Positions 39,385-46,840 of a stretch of 64,000 nucleotides of DNA are shown here, one piece after another (within the stretch, counting starts at the first letter, position 1; each line of letters starts with the position of its first letter). The notes under the pieces are model-generated. The model saw nothing but the letters and a program-made list of their open reading frames with translations, had not been told where the DNA came from and did no database searches. Made by a program: the position numbers and the translations under genes. The DNA comes from Chthoniobacterales bacterium (GTDB lineage: Bacteria > Verrucomicrobiota > Verrucomicrobiia > Chthoniobacterales > DASVRZ01), in the NCBI GenBank assembly GCA_038230215.1, contig JBBRNR010000002.1:204533-268532 (forward strand), in the 5' to 3' direction.

Positions 39385-40085
39385 GGTTGTCCCGATATGG
39401 TGGACATGGATGGGGAACCGGGGTCATTAGTTAGTGGTGTTTGGTTTCGAAGTCCACAGGGGATTGGTAGCCGAGGGCGCTGTGGAGCCGCACGCGGTTG
39501 TAAAAGGTGTGGACGTAGCTGAAGACAGCCAGTTGGGCGGAGGCACGAGTGAGGTAAGGAGTTTGCCCGCCACACTCGGTTTTCAGGGTGGCCCAGAAGC
39601 TTTCCATGTGGGCGTTGTCATAGCAGTTGGCTTTGCGGCTCATGCTTTGGGTGAGGCCCTTTTTCTCCAGCAGCTCCCGATAGCAGCTGCTGGCGTATTG
39701 CTGACCCTGATCGCTGTGATGGATGAGCGGCTGGTCCGATCGTCGATGCGCCAGCGCCTGTCGCAGGGCGTTCTCGCACAGGGCCGTGTCGATCCGGCTG
39801 CTGAAGGCCAGGCCCACGATCCGGCGGCTGCCCTGATCCATCACCCCAGCCACGTAGAGCCAGCCTTCACGGGTGGGGACGAAGGTGATATCCGCGACCA
39901 GACTTCGCCTGCCCGGGTGGCCACGGGCCGTTGCAAAAGCCGGTTGGGGGCAGGTGCCCGGTCACTGCTTTTGGTGGTTTGCGGACGGAAGCGGCCGCGC
40001 TGGATGCCGCGCACTCCCTCCACCTGCATCAGGCGGCGCACTCGTTTGGCCGAGCACCGCTGCCCGCTCTTGCGCAGGGCTGCGG
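39382..40085 (-). mobile_element. IS3-family element remnant (one terminus + partial, frameshifted orfB; orfA and the other end missing)
   Basis: Terminus TGAGGTTGTCCCGATATGGTGGAC at 39382 is IS3-like (TG...). The transposase core is on the minus strand. Confidence 0.8.
39431..40082 (-). pseudogene. IS3-family transposase orfB (DDE integrase core), N-terminally truncated, with a 1-nt frameshift
   Basis: 'ADITFVPTREGWLYVAGVMD', 'HHSDQGQQYAS', 'CYDNAHMESFWATLK', 'NRVRLHSALGYQSPVDFE'. The upstream segment '...KRVRRLMQVEGVRGIQRGRFRPQTTKSS...RAGEVW' lies in another frame, and the junction is at about 39897-39901. Confidence 0.85.
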
Positions 40086-40279
40086 ATGAGAATTATGATC
40101 TCCTCAAGAATGATGTGAGACATCCGTCGTTTCACTTCAAAAAGGTTGGGAGATTATGGTCAATTCGTGTCGGCATTCACTATCGCGCATCGCAGTCGAA
40201 GATGGTTCCGATATCGTGTGGTTCTGGATTGGACAACCATAGTGAATACGACAGAATTATCACTGGCCGACGAAAGTGA
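40085..40279 (+). pseudogene. RelE/ParE-superfamily toxin-like remnant (N-terminally truncated, internal paired frameshifts)
   Basis: 'ENYDLLKNDVRHPSFHFKKVGRLWSIRVGIHYRA' in one frame, 'VEDGSDIVWFWIGQ' in the next frame (40195-40236), then 'HSEYDRII' back in the first. The motif pattern HPSLxFKK / WSxRV / YRA / WFWIGxHxEYD is recalled from memory. Confidence 0.4.
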
Positions 40280-40426
40280 ACCCGACGAATCGCCTCGGGA
40301 GGTGGCTGTTTGGGAATGCTAATGTCTCCAAAATTGCCCTCGGCGATCTCGTCCGACTCGGTTCTGTTTTGTCGGCTTGGCAAGGGACTTATCACCTTTC
40401 CTTTTATTAGTTAAGCGCAGGAAAAC

Positions 40427-40478
40427 GAAGTTTCCAAGACAAGTGCTTTCCCAAAACAAGAGTTTTGGACGAGGGGAG
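40427..40478 (+). repeat. Dispersed 52-nt repeat, copy 1
   Basis: GAAGTTTCCAAGACAAGTGCTTTCCCAAAACAAGAGTTTTGGACGAGGGGAG. By hand alignment it is about four-fifths identical to 60771-60822 (same orientation), including the exact 14-mer AAGACAAGTGCTTT. Confidence 0.6.
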
Positions 40479-40480
40479 TT

Positions 40481-40562
40481 GTAGAGTCGAGCCTGTGGCT
40501 CGAAGAGACCGGAGGGAGAACGAACTATGAGCCATCCAATCGAGCCACAGGCTCGACACTAC
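40481..40562. repeat. Nested palindrome: 23-bp inverted repeat (22/23) with a 36-nt spacer; each arm contains its own 7-3-7 hairpin
   Basis: GTAGAGTCGAGCCTGTGGCTCGA at 40481-40503 versus TCGAGCCACAGGCTCGACACTAC at 40540-40562. Inner hairpin TCGAGCC-TGT-GGCTCGA. Lies 15 bp downstream of the ileS stop. Confidence 0.8.
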
Positions 40563-40576
40563 AGGTTCAAGCCCCC

Positions 40577-43267
40577 CTAGACGACCTCGGCGCAGCGGGC
40601 GCAGAGCTCGGGGTGAGCCGAGTTAGATCCGACTGTGGGGCGGTGGCGCCAGCAGCGTTCGCAGCGGGAAAAAGACGTTCGAGTTACATGCGAATGACGT
40701 TGGCCGATGGTTAGGACGAGGTCGCTGAGAATGAGAAATTCCTCGATTTCATCGTGAGCAATCTGCGGTGTTTCAGCGGCAGGCAAGCTGACTTCGACGT
40801 GGGCTTCGAGCGCGTTGCCGATGGTTTTTTCCTGGCGCTGCGCCTCGATGCCTTGGGCGACGAAGCTGCGGAGGTTCATGAGTTTGTCGGCCTCCGCTTC
40901 GATGGCAGCATCGACGGGGTAGTCGGCGGGTTCGGGGAGCAGAGCGAGGTGGACGGATTGTTTATTTCCCGCATGGCCCCAAGCTTCGTCGGCGGTGTAG
41001 GCGAGGATCGGGGCTAGGAGGCGGCAGAGGGCATCGAAGATGCGGTGCATGACGGTCTGCGTGCTGCGGCGGCGGGCGGAATCGATGGCGTCGCAATAGA
41101 CGCGGTCTTTCGTGATATCGACGTAGAGACTGCTGAGATCGACGGCGCAGAATTGATTCAAGCTATGATAGACGCGGCGGAAATCGTAGGCGGCATAACC
41201 TTCGCGACATTCGCTGACGACGTGTCCGAGTCGGCTCAAAGCCCAGCGATCGACGAAGGTTAGTTCGTTGTTAGGAACAGCATCGAGACTAACATCGAAA
41301 TCGGAGAGATTCGCTAGCAAGATGCGGAGCGTATTGCGAATGCGCCGGTAGGTGTCGGCGACGCGGGTGAAGATTTCTTCGCCGAAGGGAACTTCGTCGG
41401 AATAGTTCACGCTACTGACCCAGAGACGCACGATGTCGGCACCGTGTTTCTCGACGAAATACTTCGCATCCATCGGCTTCTTGTAGTCGGAGGACTTGGA
41501 GATTTTTTTGCCGTCGGTATCGACGACGAAGCCGTTGGTGGCGACGGCTAGATAGGGTGCGCAACCTTCGATGGCGACCGAGGTTAGGAGAGACGACTGG
41601 AACCATCCCCGATGCTGGTCGGTGCCCTCGATGTACATGTCTGCGGGAAAATGCAGCTCGGACCGACGTTTCAGCACCGCCTGATGACTCGTGCCGGAAT
41701 CGATCCAGACGTCGAGGGTGTCGTTGCGGCGTGTGGTGTTAGGAGGCAGACCTAACATGGCCGCCCATTCGACGTCGGGCTTCTCGAACCAGATGTTAGT
41801 CCCGTGTTTTTCCACGAGATCGGCGACTTTGCGGGCGATGTTAGCATCGAGCAGCGGCGCACCGGTTTCATCGTAGAAAACGGGCAGAGGAACGCCCCAG
41901 GTGCGTTGACGCGAGATGCACCAATCGGGTCGAGCCTCGACGGTGCCCGCGATGCGATTGCGACCCCAGGCGGGAATCCATTGAACGGTGTCGATGGCGG
42001 CGAGAGCCTCGGCGCGGAAGGCGTCGATGCGGATGAAGAACTGCTCAACGGCGCGAAAGACGATGGGCGTTTTCGACCGCCAGCAATGCGGATAACTGTG
42101 AGTGTATTTTTGCTCGGCCAGCAGCGCACCACGTTCGCGAAGGAGTTCGATGACAATGGGATTGGCACCAAAAACATATTTGCCCGTGAGTGCAGGGACG
42201 CCCGCCTCTTCGGTGAGATGCCCTCTATCATCGACGGGTGATAGGATTGGAAGTCCGTTCTGTTTTCCAGCGACGTAATCGTCTGCACCGTGGCCGGGAG
42301 CGATATGAACCTGACCCGTGCCTGTCTCGGTCGTGACGAAGTCGGCGGTGATTACCTTGGAAGTCCGATCTAAAAACGGATGCTGTGTTTCGCTGCCCGC
42401 AAGTTCGAGTCCAGAAACGCTGCTAACTTCGCGCACGAAGGTGATGTTAGTTTCTTTTTGAAACGCTTCTAACAATGGACGAGCTATGATAAGAATCTCA
42501 CCCGAATCAGTTTCGGATAGCACGTATTCCTGACGCGCATGAACAGCAATGGCCACATTCGCTGGCAACGTCCAGGGCGTCGTGGTCCAGATGATCATAC
42601 TAGCTTTTCCAGCTAGATCGCCGCTAATGATCGGAAACTTCACATATATCGCCGGATCCGTTCGATCCATGTATTCCACCTCGGCTTCGGCCAACGCTGT
42701 TTGTGCGCCGGTGCTCCAGAGGACGGGTTTTTTGGCCTGATAGACCAGTCCCTTTTCCACGAAGGTGGCGAAGGAACGCATGACGTCGGCCTCATACGCG
42801 GGGTCGAGTGTGAGATACGGGTTTTCCCAGTCGCCGAGAATGCCGAGACGCTGGAATTGCCCGCGTTGGATGTCCACGTATTTGCGGGCGTAATCCTCCG
42901 AGCGTTTGCGGATTTCGACGGGTGAAAGATCGCGTGATTCTTTGACGACTTTGAATTCGATGGGCAGTCCGTGGCAATCCCAGCCCGGCACATACGGGGC
43001 GCGGAAGCCGCTCATCGTCTTCGATTTTACGATGAAATCTTTCAGCACCTTGTTCATCGCGGTGCCCATGTGAACGTCGCCATTGGCAAAGGGTGGGCCG
43101 TCGTGCAGGACGAAGGCCGGCGCCTCTTTCCGCGCTTCCTGGATCTGCTTGTAGAGTCCAATGGAACTCCAATGAGAAAGCATTTCCGGCTCACGGGTGG
43201 TGAGCCCGGCTTTCATCGGGAAATCGGTTTTCGGGAGATTGAGCGTATCTTTGTAATTCATCGGCAA
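40577..43267 (-). CDS. ileS: Isoleucine--tRNA ligase
   Basis: 896 aa. 'PFANGDVHMGTA' (HIGH-type), 'KISKS' (KMSKS-type). C-terminal zinc finger 'CERCWRH...CARC'. Confidence 0.96.
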   Translation of the reverse strand: MPMNYKDTLNLPKTDFPMKAGLTTREPEMLSHWSSIGLYKQIQEARKEAPAFVLHDGPPFANGDVHMGTAMNKVLKDFIVKSKTMSGFRAPYVPGWDCHGLPIEFKVVKESRDLSPVEIRKRSEDYARKYVDIQRGQFQRLGILGDWENPYLTLDPAYEADVMRSFATFVEKGLVYQAKKPVLWSTGAQTALAEAEVEYMDRTDPAIYVKFPIISGDLAGKASMIIWTTTPWTLPANVAIAVHARQEYVLSETDSGEILIIARPLLEAFQKETNITFVREVSSVSGLELAGSETQHPFLDRTSKVITADFVTTETGTGQVHIAPGHGADDYVAGKQNGLPILSPVDDRGHLTEEAGVPALTGKYVFGANPIVIELLRERGALLAEQKYTHSYPHCWRSKTPIVFRAVEQFFIRIDAFRAEALAAIDTVQWIPAWGRNRIAGTVEARPDWCISRQRTWGVPLPVFYDETGAPLLDANIARKVADLVEKHGTNIWFEKPDVEWAAMLGLPPNTTRRNDTLDVWIDSGTSHQAVLKRRSELHFPADMYIEGTDQHRGWFQSSLLTSVAIEGCAPYLAVATNGFVVDTDGKKISKSSDYKKPMDAKYFVEKHGADIVRLWVSSVNYSDEVPFGEEIFTRVADTYRRIRNTLRILLANLSDFDVSLDAVPNNELTFVDRWALSRLGHVVSECREGYAAYDFRRVYHSLNQFCAVDLSSLYVDITKDRVYCDAIDSARRRSTQTVMHRIFDALCRLLAPILAYTADEAWGHAGNKQSVHLALLPEPADYPVDAAIEAEADKLMNLRSFVAQGIEAQRQEKTIGNALEAHVEVSLPAAETPQIAHDEIEEFLILSDLVLTIGQRHSHVTRTSFSRCERCWRHRPTVGSNSAHPELCARCAEVV

Positions 43268-43338
43268 TAGGTCGAAACAGGGCGCCGAAACTACAACGCT
43301 CTCCCGGTATTGCCAAGCGGCCAGTTACCGTAAACGCC

Positions 43339-43836
43339 TCAGGCGATCTGCGCGACTTCCTTTTCCAGCGCAATGAATCCAGTGCAACTCCCATCCGCTC
43401 CAAACGTGGGCGACAGTTCGATGTCCACCTCGTAGCGTTCGCCGTCCTTACTGTAATTCACCAATTGCGTGTGCACCGCGCGCCGCTCCCGGATGCCGCT
43501 GCGCATGATCTCCACCACACTCGGATCGGTGTCGGCCCCTTGCAGCATCTTTCCCGCTTTGTTCCCTCGAAGTTCCCCCAGCGTGTAGCCGCACATCCGG
43601 CTGAAGGCGGGGCTGACCCATTCGATCAGGCCGTCAACGTCCGAAACGACCACGGCCTGGCTGTTGACCGCAGGGATGCGGCGGAGAAAATCGTCGACCT
43701 TCTCCGGTGGAAAGATTTTCTCGAAAAGTTCTTCACGCACAGCAGCGGACGGAGTGACGACGCTGGTTGGCTCGATAGTGGGCAAATGCATGGCGATGAG
43801 TTCGTTAATCAGGGATTGAGGCACGTCATCGATCAT
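43339..43836 (-). CDS. Stand-alone PAS domain protein
   Basis: 165 aa. 'AVVVSDVDGLIEWVSPAFSRMCGYTLGELRGNKAGKMLQG...NYSKDGERYEVDIELSP'. Lies 71 bp upstream of ileS on the same strand. Confidence 0.75.
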   Translation of the reverse strand: MIDDVPQSLINELIAMHLPTIEPTSVVTPSAAVREELFEKIFPPEKVDDFLRRIPAVNSQAVVVSDVDGLIEWVSPAFSRMCGYTLGELRGNKAGKMLQGADTDPSVVEIMRSGIRERRAVHTQLVNYSKDGERYEVDIELSPTFGADGSCTGFIALEKEVAQIA

Positions 43837-43938
43837 GAGGGGTGAAGGTTAGTTACAAAGTGAGTTATCGACAACCCACTTTTCGACTGGCGGCGGACGG
43901 CGGATTCATTCTTTTTTCTTGATGACAAATCTGGCGCT

Positions 43939-44955
43939 TTGCCGATGCTGGCGGGGCTCATGTTCATCCTCCGTCGCCTGCTACTCCTGATTCCGGTGCT
44001 GCTGAGTGTGATCACGATCACGTTTTTTCTGATTCGCATCAAACCCGGCGGGCCGTTCGACAAGGAAAAGAAAATCCCCAAGGCCGTCGAGGAGGCGCTC
44101 CTCCGCAAATACAAACTCGATGGCGCGGACGGCCGTGACTGGGCTGTAACTCACGCCAAAAACATCGGCCTCAGCCCGGCGGCGCAGCAATCCTGGGGGA
44201 AATTCGGCTCCCTTAGCCAGCAACTCGGCGATTATCTGGGCGACGTGACCCACGGCGACTTCCGGATTTCCCTAAAATATCGCAACCGCACCGTGAACGA
44301 AATCCTCGCCCAATCGCTCCCAGTCTCAGCGACTTTGGGCAGTCTGGCCTTGATCGTCGCCTCCATCACGGGCGTGTCCCTGGGGGCGTTCGCGGCCATG
44401 CGGCAGCATCGTCTGGCCGACCACGCGTCGATGTTTCTGGCCCTGGTCGCGATCTCGCTGCCTACGTTTGTGACCGGCCCGATCCTCATTTTAACCTTTT
44501 GCTTCTGGCTAAAATGGCTGCCCGTCGGCGGCTGGACCGGTTGGCAAAGCTGGATTCTCCCCGTACTCACGCTGGCCCTGCCGTATGCGGCCTACATCGC
44601 GCGGCTCATGCGCGGCTCCATGCTGGAGGTTCTCAGCCAGGATTACATTCGCACCGCCCGAGCCAAGGGGCTGAGTGAGGTGGAAGTCGTTTGGAGCCAC
44701 GCCCTGCAAATCGCTGTGCTGCCAGTCGTCTCGTTTCTCGGGCCGCTCACCGCCAACCTCCTCACCGGCTCCATCGTGGTCGAAACGATCTACAACATCC
44801 CCGGATCGGGCCGTTTCTTCGTCAATTCCATCCTCAATGGCGACGCCTTTCTCCTTGGCGGTGTCACGATTGTTTACTGCACTCTCCTCGTGCTTATGAA
44901 CCTCCTCGTGGACATTCTTTACGGCGTTCTGGACAAACGCATCACACTCCAATGA
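43939..44955 (+). CDS. ABC peptide/nickel-type transporter permease (OppB/DppB-like)
   Basis: 338 aa. 'FILRRLLLLIPVLLSVITITF'. EAA loop 'DYIRTARAKGLSE'. Confidence 0.88.
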   Translation: MPMLAGLMFILRRLLLLIPVLLSVITITFFLIRIKPGGPFDKEKKIPKAVEEALLRKYKLDGADGRDWAVTHAKNIGLSPAAQQSWGKFGSLSQQLGDYLGDVTHGDFRISLKYRNRTVNEILAQSLPVSATLGSLALIVASITGVSLGAFAAMRQHRLADHASMFLALVAISLPTFVTGPILILTFCFWLKWLPVGGWTGWQSWILPVLTLALPYAAYIARLMRGSMLEVLSQDYIRTARAKGLSEVEVVWSHALQIAVLPVVSFLGPLTANLLTGSIVVETIYNIPGSGRFFVNSILNGDAFLLGGVTIVYCTLLVLMNLLVDILYGVLDKRITLQ

Positions 44956-45863
44956 CCAACGCGCGACTCCCCACCCCCGGCGCCTGGCAGCGACTTCGGC
45001 GAGACCCCAAAGTCGTCGCCTCCGCCATCCTCCTCACACTCGTCATTATCGCATCTGTGCTGGGTATTTTCGTCTTTCCCGAACGATTTGTCGGCATCAG
45101 CGCCGCGCAATTTTCGCCGCCGTCCCCGGAGCACCCTTTTGGGACCGATCTAAATGGACGCGACGTGCTCTATCACACTCTGGAAGGCGCGCGCATCTCG
45201 CTCGTCGTCGGTGTTTTCGGGGCGCTGGTCTCGTTCCTCATCGGCACCACTTACGGCATGATCTCCGGCTACAAGGGAGGCAAAATCGACTCCGCCATGA
45301 TGCGTCTCGTCGATATCCTCTACGCCATCCCGCGGCTGGTTTTCATCCTTATCGCCATCAGCAGCTTCGACACTTTTTTAAAAAAATGGCTCGTCGGCTG
45401 GCATCTTGACTCACTCGTGGGCTACTCAAAAATTCTCATTCTCATCGTCTCACTCGGGGCCATCGAATGGCTCACCATGGCCCGTATCGTTCGCGGCCAG
45501 GTCCTCGCACTGAAGTCGCAACCATTTGTCCTCGCTGCCCGTGCCCTCGGCCAGACCAATGTCCGTATCGTCCTGCGCCACATCTTCCCCAACCTCCTCG
45601 GCGTCATCCTCATTTACGTCACCCTCACCATCCCGGCCGTCATCCTCGACGAATCCTTTCTCAGCTTTCTGGGCCTAGGCGTGCAGGCGCCCCAGGCGAG
45701 TTGGGGCACCCTGCTGGCGGAAGGCGCTCAGACGATCAACCCAATCAAATCCAACTGGTGGCTCCTCGTTTTCCCCGCGCTCGCCATGTCGCTCACCCTC
45801 CTCGCGCTGAATTTCCTCGGCGATGGCCTGCGCGACGCCCTGGATCCTCGGGAGAAAAAATAA
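44952..45863 (+). CDS. ABC peptide/nickel-type transporter permease (OppC/DppC-like)
   Basis: 303 aa from ATG 44952 (MTNARLPTPGAW...), overlapping the upstream stop (ATGA). 'PFVLAARALGQTNVRIVLRHIFPN'. The track ORF starts earlier, inside oppB. Confidence 0.88.
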   Translation: MTNARLPTPGAWQRLRRDPKVVASAILLTLVIIASVLGIFVFPERFVGISAAQFSPPSPEHPFGTDLNGRDVLYHTLEGARISLVVGVFGALVSFLIGTTYGMISGYKGGKIDSAMMRLVDILYAIPRLVFILIAISSFDTFLKKWLVGWHLDSLVGYSKILILIVSLGAIEWLTMARIVRGQVLALKSQPFVLAARALGQTNVRIVLRHIFPNLLGVILIYVTLTIPAVILDESFLSFLGLGVQAPQASWGTLLAEGAQTINPIKSNWWLLVFPALAMSLTLLALNFLGDGLRDALDPREKK

Positions 45864-45931
45864 AAGGGTCGGCAGACGGAGACCAGAGCGGTGCTTTTAC
45901 ATCGGAGATCCCCACTTTTGACAACCAGAAC

Positions 45932-46840
45932 CTAGGAAACCAAGAATTCCGGCCTAACGGTGAAACTGCGCTCCAGTTGGCCCTGCGGAGGGAGGGTTTG
46001 GATGCCCAATTTTTCCTCAAACGGACGTTGCGAGTGATGATCTGGCAAGCCCCAGCAGGGCTCGACGCAGATGAAAACGTGGCCGTCGGACCAAAGCGTC
46101 AGGTAAGGTGCCTCGGTATAATCAAGAGTCGTCCGGCGACCGGAAACGGGGTCTTCGACGGCGAAAATCCGCTCCGGCACTTCAGCCAGTTCCAGCAGAA
46201 AGGAACCGGGAAGTTCCCCCACCGGAAACGGCATCGGACCTCCGGGGAAATCGAATGTTTCTGTTTCGCCAGAGAGGAAATTTTCGGGAGCGAGATGGCG
46301 TATGTAGCGTCCGGGTGGAAGCCAGATTCGCATGGAACTCAAATCAGAAACGGCAAACCCAGGATGCAGTCCAAAGGAAATGTGCGTCTCGAAGGACTCC
46401 CGATTTTCAAATCGGAAAGTGACCTTTAACTCCGTGTCGGTCAGCGCATAGGTGATCGCAAAATCGACTCGAAACGGATACTCCTCCACCGCGATATCCT
46501 GGGAACTCCAATGGTGCGTGAGACTCCCCTCGCCCACTTCGGGAGCGGCAAAAGTTTTATGCCGCAGAAAGCTATGCGTGCCGCCTCTCACCCGCCTTCC
46601 GCAATAGTTGGAAACCTCATTCAGAATCCGGTGAACGTAGTAGCCCATGACGGTGGAATGATTGTTCCAGCCACTGGGGTTTTTGCTCACATCGCCATCG
46701 CGAAAAAGGAAGCCCTGCCAGTCTCCAGCGTCATTTTTCCGAGCCAGACTCACCAGTTCCGCCCCGTTGCGACTAACTAGAATGCGCAGGGTTCCAGCAC
46801 GGTTGCTGAGCGCATCCAGCGTGTGACCATCGCGAGTCAT
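45932..46840 (-). CDS. Aldose 1-epimerase (galactose mutarotase-like) family protein
   Basis: 302 aa. 'FGLHPGF', 'LTLWSD', 'FICVEPCWG'. The start overlaps the stop of the upstream DUF4340 gene. Confidence 0.7.
   Translation of the reverse strand: MTRDGHTLDALSNRAGTLRILVSRNGAELVSLARKNDAGDWQGFLFRDGDVSKNPSGWNNHSTVMGYYVHRILNEVSNYCGRRVRGGTHSFLRHKTFAAPEVGEGSLTHHWSSQDIAVEEYPFRVDFAITYALTDTELKVTFRFENRESFETHISFGLHPGFAVSDLSSMRIWLPPGRYIRHLAPENFLSGETETFDFPGGPMPFPVGELPGSFLLELAEVPERIFAVEDPVSGRRTTLDYTEAPYLTLWSDGHVFICVEPCWGLPDHHSQRPFEEKLGIQTLPPQGQLERSFTVRPEFLVS

Noticed and set aside
39434-40279. 281-aa ORF on the plus strand
   Set aside because: Its first ~215 codons are the antisense of the IS3 transposase remnant. 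Only the last ~65 codons carry signal, and those are interpreted as a toxin remnant. It is not a real 281-aa gene.
43155-43185. Recurrence of ATGGAACTC (also near 1749, 28447, 28500 and 46323) as a possible dispersed motif
   Set aside because: Apart from the two copies next to serA, the occurrences lie inside coding regions on different strands and in different frames, and the similarity does not extend beyond about 10-15 nt. This is probably a compositional coincidence. A genome-wide count would be needed to say more.
45467-46429. 320-aa Pro/Arg-rich ORF on the plus strand
   Set aside because: It is an out-of-frame read of the oppC 3' end that continues as the antisense of the epimerase-like gene.
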